NCBI GenBank assembly: GCA_043811375.1
Contig: JBDRNJ010000013.1
Span: 1 to 16,890 of the forward strand
Source: a bacterium
GTDB lineage: Bacteria; Zixibacteria; MSB-5A5; GN15; FEB-12
Direction: 5' to 3'
DNA length: 16,890 nucleotides
Shown piece by piece: positions 1 through 6,504 of the stretch. Below the pieces are notes generated by a model. That model was not told the DNA's origin, did no database searches, and was given only the letters and a program-made list of their open reading frames with translations. Position 1 is the first letter of the stretch. Each line of letters starts with the position of its first letter. Made by a program: the position numbers and the translations under genes.

Positions 1-651
1 CTGTCGGCCTTCGGGTCGATTATCGGTATCAACAAAGAAGTCGATATCGCCTGTGCCAAAGCGATGCATGAGACGCCGTTTGTGGAATGTATCCTGGCGC
101 CGGGTTTCAGCGACGATGCCTTCAAGCTGCTGAAAAAGAAAAAGAACCGGCGTCTGCTGGCGTTACCGGCGATTGCCAAAGGCCGCTTGAAAGACCAGAT
201 GGTTTACCGCTATATTCGCGGTGGTCTGCTGGTGCAGACGGCCGACGACCTGGTGACGCTGGAATCATCGCTGAAAACGGTCACCAAACGGGAACCGACA
301 CCGGAGGAAATCAAGTCGCTGTTGTTTGCGTGGAAGGTGGTCAAACATACCAAGTCCAACGCCATCGTGCTGGCCAAAGGTGACGCTACGGTGGGAGTCG
401 GTATGGGGCAGACCTCGCGGGTCGATTCCGGTTTCATGGCGGTCAAGCGGGCCGGTGACCGAGCCCGGGGTGCGGTGATGGCGTCCGATGCCTTTTTCCC
501 GATGCCGGACGGCGTGGAGGTTGCCACCGATGCCGGGGTGACGGCCATCATCCAGCCGGGCGGCTCCAAGGGTGACCAGCAGGCTATCGACGCCGCCGAC
601 AAAGCCGGCGCGGCAATGGTCTTCACCGGCGTGAGGCATTTTAAGCATTAA
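1..651 (+). CDS. purH: Bifunctional AICAR transformylase/IMP cyclohydrolase, C-terminal part (5'-truncated by window edge)
   Basis: Frame is open from base 1 (LSAFGSIIGIN...). PurH motifs: KHTKSNAIV, GVGMGQTSRVDS, ASDAFFP, IIQPGGS, terminal FTGVRHFKH. Confidence 0.97.
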   Translation: MSAFGSIIGINKEVDIACAKAMHETPFVECILAPGFSDDAFKLLKKKKNRRLLALPAIAKGRLKDQMVYRYIRGGLLVQTADDLVTLESSLKTVTKREPTPEEIKSLLFAWKVVKHTKSNAIVLAKGDATVGVGMGQTSRVDSGFMAVKRAGDRARGAVMASDAFFPMPDGVEVATDAGVTAIIQPGGSKGDQQAIDAADKAGAAMVFTGVRHFKH

Positions 652-679
652 GGGAGGTAACAGGGGTCCGAGACGAACA

Positions 680-706
680 GTAGGTCGAAACCCCTGTGGT
701 TTCGAC
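680..706 (+). repeat. GTAG-tagged REP-like palindrome (family A, left copy)
   Basis: GTAG-GTCGAAACC-cctgt-GGTTTCGAC: tetranucleotide tag followed by a perfect 9-bp stem. Confidence 0.8.
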
Positions 707-752
707 AAAACCTGAGAAGAATGAAACGAACCGAGAAACCCGACAGATAGCC

Positions 753-2045
753 ATGCCAGACGACACACCAAAAACCTGCCAGGTTGAGATGCACGACGAC
801 AAGCCGTGCGGCCGGCCAGCCACCTATGGCGACAAGTGTGTTTGCCATACGGGTAGAGAAAACAAGGATACAAAGGTCTTTCAAAGCGAACTGGACAAGA
901 TATTCGCTGATGAAGAGACTGAGTATTATGATTTAAGCCGATTCATTTTCCCCAAAAAGGGCTACAAACTCCCGAAGCAATACAAGAAAGATACTTACTT
1001 CAGTTGGACCGCGTTTTCGGGAAGGGCTGACTTTTCATTTGCCGAGTTCTCGGGCAAAGCATACTTTCACAGGGCCACGTTTTCGGGCGAAGCAGAGTTT
1101 CTTAATGCCACGTTTTCGGGAGAAGCAAAGTTTAGATGGAGCCGGTTTTCGGGAGTTGCACAGTTTAGACTGGCCACGTTTTCGGGAGAAACGTCGTTTT
1201 ATAATACTCAGTTCGTGGACGTAGCTTCTTTCTCTTATTGTCAGACAGACAAGGCGGCCAGGGTTACTTTCGATGGGATAGTATCTGAGAAGGACAAGCG
1301 GGAGGTGTTCCCGTCCGGGGCTGATTTCAGGTGGTGTTCTTTCGCCGAGCCTAAGAACATCAAGTTCAGAAAGCTCTCACTTGCAGAATGTGACTTCTTG
1401 GACACTGATGTAACTGAAATGCAATTTGTAGACGTTACCTGGGCAAGGAAGCCGAAGTTTCTCAAGTGGGTTCCCAGAAACGCTGTTTCTGACGAGTTTG
1501 CCATGCAGCCGGACTACAACCTCGTTTCCCAACTCTACCGTCGCCTGCAAGCAAACTACATAAACAACTATCGGTATGCCGAAGCTGGAGATTTCCACAT
1601 TGGCGAACTAGAAATGATGAGAAAAGCAAAGAGGAAAGAGCCCTTGTATGTTCTATCTAATTCTCTGTACAAGATCATCTCCTTTTACGGTGAGAGCTTC
1701 ACGTTGCCGCTTTTATGGCTGGCGTTTGTTCTGTTGTTTGTTCCGGCTGTTCTTCTTTGGGATGGAATCAATTTGAATCCAACCTTGCAAGACCAAGCCG
1801 TCGTCGAAACGGTAAACTACGAGTGGAGCTGGTCACCGGGGGATTTTTTACCGGCCAAAAGCGACTACTGGGAGGCTTTCGTTGCCAATCTCTCTCTTAT
1901 TGCATACAGCCGGTCTGATATTGGCAAGTATCTGCCGGAATCCCATACGCGGTTCATTGTAACCATCGAAAGTCTTGTCGTCATCGCGCTGTTGGCCTTT
2001 TTCCTGCTGGCGCTTAGGCGACAATACAAACGGAAAGGTTTCTGA
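753..2045 (+). CDS. Pentapeptide-repeat membrane protein (Cys/His-rich N-terminus, 11-residue repeats, two C-terminal TM helices)
   Basis: Repeats ATFSGEAxFxx; conserved-looking YRRLQANY...AGDFHIGE and YGES segments; hydrophobic helices LLWLAFVLLFVPAVLLW and IVTIESLVVIALLAFFLLAL. ATG 753 preferred because the ORF-track GTG at 696 lies inside the REP hairpin. Confidence 0.85.
   Translation: MPDDTPKTCQVEMHDDKPCGRPATYGDKCVCHTGRENKDTKVFQSELDKIFADEETEYYDLSRFIFPKKGYKLPKQYKKDTYFSWTAFSGRADFSFAEFSGKAYFHRATFSGEAEFLNATFSGEAKFRWSRFSGVAQFRLATFSGETSFYNTQFVDVASFSYCQTDKAARVTFDGIVSEKDKREVFPSGADFRWCSFAEPKNIKFRKLSLAECDFLDTDVTEMQFVDVTWARKPKFLKWVPRNAVSDEFAMQPDYNLVSQLYRRLQANYINNYRYAEAGDFHIGELEMMRKAKRKEPLYVLSNSLYKIISFYGESFTLPLLWLAFVLLFVPAVLLWDGINLNPTLQDQAVVETVNYEWSWSPGDFLPAKSDYWEAFVANLSLIAYSRSDIGKYLPESHTRFIVTIESLVVIALLAFFLLALRRQYKRKGF
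1008..1205 (+). repeat. Six degenerate 33-bp coding tandem repeats
   Basis: Units start at 1008, 1041, 1074, 1107, 1140 and 1173; core GCCACGTTTTCGGG; in frame, encoding the 11-aa repeat. Confidence 0.9.
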
Positions 2046-2079
2046 CCTGCGAATCTATGCGAATTAGGAAGAAAACAAT

Positions 2080-2103
2080 GTCGAAACCGCAGTTTCGACC
2101 TAC
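2080..2103 (-). repeat. GTAG-tagged REP-like palindrome (family A, right copy, inverted)
   Basis: Minus strand reads GTAG-GTCGAAAC-tgcg-GTTTCGAC, the same tag and stem as 680..706. Confidence 0.8.
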
Positions 2104-2113
2104 GAATCTCTAA

Positions 2114-2187
2114 GTCATGGTGAGCGGAGTCGAACCATGACGTTTCTTAAAATTGAGGAGTCACCCTTCGACTCCGCTCAGGATGAC
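2114..2187. repeat. Inverted doublet of GTCA/CGTC-type REP-like palindromes (family B)
   Basis: 2114..2141 GTCATGGTGAGCGGAGTCGAACCATGAC; reverse complement of 2160..2187 is GTCATCCTGAGCGGAGTCGAAGGGTGAC. Shared core TGAGCGGAGTCGAA. Confidence 0.8.
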
Positions 2188-2193
2188 TGTGAA

Positions 2194-2262
2194 GTGCTGT
2201 CATGCGACTCTGCATGGCGGCTTGTTCAGGTAACGGTGTCGGGCAGAGTCGCCCGACACCAC
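2194..2262. repeat. Inverted doublet of 28-bp hairpins with GCGACTCTGC apex (family C)
   Basis: 2194..2221 GTGCTGTCATGCGACTCTGCATGGCGGC; reverse complement of 2235..2262 is GTGGTGTCGGGCGACTCTGCCCGACACC (perfect 10-bp stem). Confidence 0.75.
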
Positions 2263-2285
2263 TGAAGTCATTCCACCTCCCCGCC

Positions 2286-2314
2286 TTGACAAGCACCACC
2301 CACTCTCTTTTCTT
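2286..2314 (+). promoter_or_regulatory. Possible sigma70-type promoter for the hydrolase gene
   Basis: Perfect TTGACA at 2286, 17-nt spacer, weak -10 TTTCTT at 2309. Confidence 0.4.
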
Positions 2315-2364
2315 GTCATATAACAAATGAATACTTGTACTCAAGACCAACCAGGGAGGAAACC

Positions 2365-3042
2365 ATGCCTCAGGTACGATTTTTAGGCCATTCCTGCGTG
2401 ACTATCACCGAGGGCGACCACAAGCTGATAATCGATCCCTATCTAACCGGCAACCCGCTGGCTACCGTCAAACCGGAGGAGATCGACGCCAAATGGGTGC
2501 TGATCAGTCACGGGCATGGCGACCATGTCGGCGATGCGGTGGCCATCGCCAGGCGCAACAAGGCGACTGTGATCAGCAGTTACGAGCTGGCTCTTCTGTT
2601 CGCCAAAGACGGGGTGGAAGTCCACCCGATGCATATCGGCGGGGCGCACGACTTTGATTTCGGCCGCGTGAAACTGACTATTGCCCACCACGGTGGCGGT
2701 TTCGGCGAGGATGCTTCCCGCTACACCGGCCCGCCGGTCGGGTTCCTGGTGACAATCGGCGGCAAGACCATCTACCACTCCGGTGACACCGGCCTCTTTT
2801 ATGACATGAAGCTGATCGGCGAGATGAACGCGATCGACCTGGCCTTTCTGCCTATCGGCGACAACTTCACGATGGGCATTGACGATGCCGTCAAGGCGGT
2901 AGAGTTTCTGAAGCCGAAAAAAGTGGTGCCGATGCACTACGATACATTTCCGGTAGTTGAGCAGAACCCCGAGGATTTTGCCTCGCGTGTAACCGGAGCC
3001 GAAGTGGTTATCCTCAAACCGGGTGAGACGCTCGACCTGTAG
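2365..3042 (+). CDS. Metal-dependent hydrolase, metallo-beta-lactamase fold (UPF0173-like)
   Basis: FLGHS, LIIDPYL, HGHGDH metal motif, YHSGDTG, LPIGDNFTMG, PMHYDTFP. SD GGAGG precedes ATG 2365. Confidence 0.93.
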   Translation: MPQVRFLGHSCVTITEGDHKLIIDPYLTGNPLATVKPEEIDAKWVLISHGHGDHVGDAVAIARRNKATVISSYELALLFAKDGVEVHPMHIGGAHDFDFGRVKLTIAHHGGGFGEDASRYTGPPVGFLVTIGGKTIYHSGDTGLFYDMKLIGEMNAIDLAFLPIGDNFTMGIDDAVKAVEFLKPKKVVPMHYDTFPVVEQNPEDFASRVTGAEVVILKPGETLDL

Positions 3043-3058
3043 GCAACGAGTTGCCTTT
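3041..3058 (+). terminator. Possible small terminator hairpin overlapping the stop codon
   Basis: AGGCAA-cgag-TTGCCT followed by a short T run; weak. Confidence 0.3.
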
Positions 3059-3099
3059 ACCTGACGATTTCTGGCACGCGTGTGCGGCGTTGGTACGGT

Positions 3100-3137
3100 G
3101 CTTCCCACCCATCATTCCTGCGACGGGTGGCAACCAC
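3100..3137 (-). repeat. GTGG-tagged REP-like imperfect palindrome
   Basis: Minus strand reads GTGGTTGCCACCCGTC...GATGGGTGGGAAGC; arms complementary with few mismatches. Confidence 0.55.
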
Positions 3138-3167
3138 AAACTTGTTTGGGGTTGAGAGGGGTCGGAG

Positions 3168-3192
3168 GTGTGGCTGCGATCTGTGATCGCAG
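3168..3192 (+). repeat. GTGG-tagged REP-like palindrome (family D, copy 1)
   Basis: GTGTGG-CTGCGATC-TGT-GATCGCAG; 23/25 identical to 8434..8458. Confidence 0.8.
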
Positions 3193-3198
3193 GCAGGT

Positions 3199-3244
3199 GT
3201 CGGGTTTCTTGTCCCGCTGTGCGGGACTGCGGAACCCGACCTGT
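3199..3244 (-). repeat. Long REP-like compound hairpin
   Basis: Plus strand: GTCGGGTTTC (3199-3208) pairs with GGAACCCGAC (3231-3240); inner GTCCCGC-TGT-GCGGGAC. Ends CGACCTGT, resembling the CGACCTAC end of the GTAG family A. Confidence 0.6.
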
Positions 3245-3284
3245 AACTGAGAGAGGTGAAACTCGCCTCGTTAACTTACTTCTT

Positions 3285-3458
3285 TCACCCGGAGGTTTTG
3301 CAGGCAGCGTCCATGATTTTGCTGTTGAAGTACTTCTGGTCCGGGTCATAGTGACACTTCTTATACTTCTTGCCACTGCCGCACCAGCAGGGATCGTTAC
3401 GTCCGAGATTCATAGCCGACTTCGGAGGTCGATTGAACAGCCTGTTAACTATACCCAT
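3285..3458 (-). CDS. Small SEC-C metal-binding domain protein (57 aa)
   Basis: [18 protein letters not shown] is a canonical SEC-C motif. ATG 3458 (MGIVNRLF) judged more plausible than 3524; start uncertain. Confidence 0.85.
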   Translation of the reverse strand: MGIVNRLFNRPPKSAMNLGRNDPCWCGSGKKYKKCHYDPDQKYFNSKIMDAACKTSG

Positions 3459-3541
3459 AAGTTGTGTAACAACCGCCCAGTTGGTACAGTTCCGGAGTTG
3501 GCAGCAAATCGCCCTTAGCCCCATAGCTGCCTGTTTTTTAA

Positions 3542-3570
3542 TTGATTACGTCGCGCCACCGGACTACTCT
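3542..3570 (+). promoter_or_regulatory. Putative sigma70 promoter for the AsmA-family gene
   Basis: TTGATT-N17-TACTCT, preceded by a T/A tract; SD GAGGA upstream of ATG 3610. Confidence 0.45.
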
Positions 3571-3609
3571 GTACAACTACTATAGGCAAGTGATGACTGA
3601 GGAATAACG

Positions 3610-6453
3610 ATGAAGAAACTGGTCAGGATACTCGGTTGGGCAGTCGGCATATTTGTCGTCCTGCTGATATTAGCCGCTATCGGGCTGAAACTGTTTTTCC
3701 CGGTGGAGAAAGCCCGCGCGATGGCTGTCGAACGTGGCAGCCGGATGTTAGGTCGTCCGATTGATGTCAAAGATGTCGACCTGTCCCTGTGGGGGGGGCT
3801 GGGTATCGAACTGAGAGATGTTACTATCGGTAGCCCGGCGGAGATGTCGACCGGGGACCTGCTGACCGCCGATGCGATTGATCTCAAACTGCAATTACTG
3901 CCGCTGTTGGGTGGCAGTTATCGGATAGATCGGCTGGTTATCGACAAACCCCGTATTGTCATGGTTAAAAGTGTCGACGGCGCCAACAACTATACGTTTG
4001 CGGCGGTAGATTCGGCCGCGCCGGCGGAAGTGGCGGAGCAGCTCTCGCCGGAGACAAAAGTGGCGGCGGCGGCAATCAGTTTCGACCAACTGGAGATTCA
4101 CAATGGCAGCCTCGATTACGTTGACGACAGTTCAGGTTTGCGGATTCGTCTGGAAGGGTTACAGCTATCGACAAGTCTGGAGAATCCGCGAGAAGGATTC
4201 TACGAATCATCCGGCAGCATCATGGCCGGCACTGTTGTAGTGGTTACCGAAAAGCCGCTGCCGACGGCAGCCGTGGCCGTTCGTTACCGGGCCACCTACG
4301 ACGCCGGCAATGCTCATCTGTCCATCAAGGAAGCTCAACTCGTAGTCAACGAGCTTGAATTTTCTCTGACGGGCGATCTCGAACATGGAGGCGATGCCTT
4401 AAAAGCGCGCGCGGGGATCAGGTCGGAGTCGATTGCGGTGGCTGACCTGCTGTCCCTGCTGCCTCCGGAGCAGGTGGCGGAGTTCGCAGAATATACCATT
4501 GAAGGCGATTTCACGCTTGATCTTGATGCCGAGTATGATGGCGGTAAAGCCCAACCGTTGTCATACGCGGGTATGGCAACCCTCTCCGATATGGTGATGT
4601 CGAAAAAAGGTCTCGACGGCAAACTTCGGCTGGGACAAGCGCAGGTCGATTTTAAGCCTGATAATCTGCGTCTCAATATAGAAGAGGGTTCTTTTGACGG
4701 CCAGCCGCTTAAGGGACATCTGGTGGTGGATGGTTTTGATGATCCGTTAGTGACCGGGGCCATCTCCGGACGATGTGACCTGGCTTATATCAGTCCCTTT
4801 CTCCCGGCGGAGGATGAACACCGACTGACCGGTCTGATGGATTTTGATCTGAAGCTGTCGGGGCGGATTAAACAGGTCCACGAAATGACGTTCTCAGGGA
4901 CAGTGCAGGTTCCCGGTGGCAGTTACAGTTCGGCATTGTTGCCGGAACCGTTCGAGTCGTTCACGCTGGATATGTTCTTTGACAACAACGTCGCCCGGAT
5001 CAACCAGTTCTCGGGAACCATGCCGTCCGGCCAGATGAACCTGTCGGGAAGGATTGATAACCTGGTGCCGTACCTGATGGCCGACAGCATGGCGCAGGAG
5101 AAAATGGAAGTGGCCGTCGATACCCGGATGGATGGCCGGTTCAACCTGGCTGTGATCAACCGGTTCCTGCCGCCAACCGGCGAACCGAATGTGGGTGGTT
5201 CGGCTGAGGTGGATATCAACCTGGTCGGCAATATGGCCGATCCGGCGTCGTTTAGACCCCGGGGAAAGATCACGCTAAGCGATGGCTCGCTGACCGACAG
5301 TCGACTGCCGGAGCCGGTGGAACTGTTCGAGGCAACATTGCGGGTGCAGCCGGACACCATTATCGTTGACAAGTTTCGACTTCAGTTTACCACCAGCGAT
5401 ATCGCATTCACGGGGAAATTGACCGATCCGTTTCCTTATCTGTTGCCGGTAGAATCGGTACAGCGCGCCCGGGGCAAGCGACCGCGGCTGCAGTTCGAGT
5501 TCAGTTCGCACCGGTTCGATCTCGACCGCCTGTTTCCCGAGGCGGTACCCGGTTCGGGAACCAATCGGGCGGCACTACCGGCGGACTCGATCCCGCCGTT
5601 GATACTGCCTGATATCGATGGCCGGGGCACTTTCACTGCCGATACCATCATTTACAGCCAGGTCGAGTTCACCGGGTTGCAGGGCAAGGTCCGCATTGAA
5701 GACCGTCGGATCAGTTGCTATGACGTCACCGGTAAAGTGTACTCGGGTGACGTCACCGGCAGCACCACTATCGATCTGCAGGATTTTGAAAATCCTCACT
5801 ACAACGGGGAGTACCAGGCGACCGGGATTGAGGCGAATGACTTCGTCTCACGTTTCAGTAAGTTCGGCGGCCATGTTTTCGGAAAAGTCAATCTTCAGGG
5901 CAGCTACAGTGCCGATGGCTGGGAACCGGATGAGTTCCTGAATGCGCTGACTATGGACGGCTCCGCCGAAATGCGTGATGGCCGCATGGTCACTTCGGGA
6001 CCGCTTCATTCGGCCATCGCCGGTTTGGCCCAACAGGCCGGGCAATCGTTCGAGAAGGAACAGATATTAAAGTCTCTTAAAACGAAAATTTCTGTTCAGG
6101 ACGGTCGGGTCATTCTGGACAATCTGAAGACCGGCGTGGGCAAGCTGGGTGATCTGGAATTGGGTGGCTACTACGCTTTCGACGGTGGTATCCAGTATCG
6201 CGGCTCGTTGCTGCTGTCCCGGGAGTGGACTGAGCAACTTATGTCACAGGGCGGTCTTGTGAGCGGCCTGGCCGGACTGTTTGCAGACAAGAGTGTCGAG
6301 AGAATCAAGCTGCCGCTGGCTATCGACGGCACCGTTGACAAGCCGGCCGTCAACCTGGATTTCTCGGCAATGGGTCAGAACCTTGGCGATGATCTTACCA
6401 AAGATGCCGGCAACCTTCTTAAGGGATTGTTTAAGAAAAAAGATAAGAAGTAA
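3610..6453 (+). CDS. AsmA-family envelope protein (N-terminal anchor, AsmA-like C-terminal region)
   Basis: N-terminal TM segment, GRPIDVKDVDLSLW, LQLLPLLGG, PRIVMVK...G.NNY; long beta-rich body; C-terminal LPLAIDGTVDKPAVNLD and LLKGLFKK typical of AsmA proteins. Confidence 0.88.
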   Translation: MKKLVRILGWAVGIFVVLLILAAIGLKLFFPVEKARAMAVERGSRMLGRPIDVKDVDLSLWGGLGIELRDVTIGSPAEMSTGDLLTADAIDLKLQLLPLLGGSYRIDRLVIDKPRIVMVKSVDGANNYTFAAVDSAAPAEVAEQLSPETKVAAAAISFDQLEIHNGSLDYVDDSSGLRIRLEGLQLSTSLENPREGFYESSGSIMAGTVVVVTEKPLPTAAVAVRYRATYDAGNAHLSIKEAQLVVNELEFSLTGDLEHGGDALKARAGIRSESIAVADLLSLLPPEQVAEFAEYTIEGDFTLDLDAEYDGGKAQPLSYAGMATLSDMVMSKKGLDGKLRLGQAQVDFKPDNLRLNIEEGSFDGQPLKGHLVVDGFDDPLVTGAISGRCDLAYISPFLPAEDEHRLTGLMDFDLKLSGRIKQVHEMTFSGTVQVPGGSYSSALLPEPFESFTLDMFFDNNVARINQFSGTMPSGQMNLSGRIDNLVPYLMADSMAQEKMEVAVDTRMDGRFNLAVINRFLPPTGEPNVGGSAEVDINLVGNMADPASFRPRGKITLSDGSLTDSRLPEPVELFEATLRVQPDTIIVDKFRLQFTTSDIAFTGKLTDPFPYLLPVESVQRARGKRPRLQFEFSSHRFDLDRLFPEAVPGSGTNRAALPADSIPPLILPDIDGRGTFTADTIIYSQVEFTGLQGKVRIEDRRISCYDVTGKVYSGDVTGSTTIDLQDFENPHYNGEYQATGIEANDFVSRFSKFGGHVFGKVNLQGSYSADGWEPDEFLNALTMDGSAEMRDGRMVTSGPLHSAIAGLAQQAGQSFEKEQILKSLKTKISVQDGRVILDNLKTGVGKLGDLELGGYYAFDGGIQYRGSLLLSREWTEQLMSQGGLVSGLAGLFADKSVERIKLPLAIDGTVDKPAVNLDFSAMGQNLGDDLTKDAGNLLKGLFKKKDKK

Positions 6454-6504
6454 CCGGACGATTCGGGCCGGCTATTCCGACTGCTTTCCGGGAGGGGCCG
6501 ACAT

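Noticed and set aside
696..752. N-terminal extension from GTG 696
   Set aside because: The start lies inside the REP hairpin and the extension is low-complexity; ATG 753 preferred.
1008..1205. Regularly spaced repeats resembling a CRISPR array
   Set aside because: The period is only 33 bp, in frame within a CDS, with no unique spacers of proper length and no cas genes.
753..2045. Qnr/MfpA-type gyrase-protection protein
   Set aside because: The repeat period is 11 residues and the protein has TM helices, unlike soluble Qnr/MfpA.
3072..3086. Sigma54-like TGGCACG...TGC
   Set aside because: GG-to-GC spacing is 9 nt rather than the required 10, and no + strand gene follows closely.
3168..3518. 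116-aa + strand ORF (and 61-aa ORF at 8434) starting MWxRSVIA
   Set aside because: The shared start is just the palindromic repeat; the rest is antisense to SEC-C or runs through hairpins.
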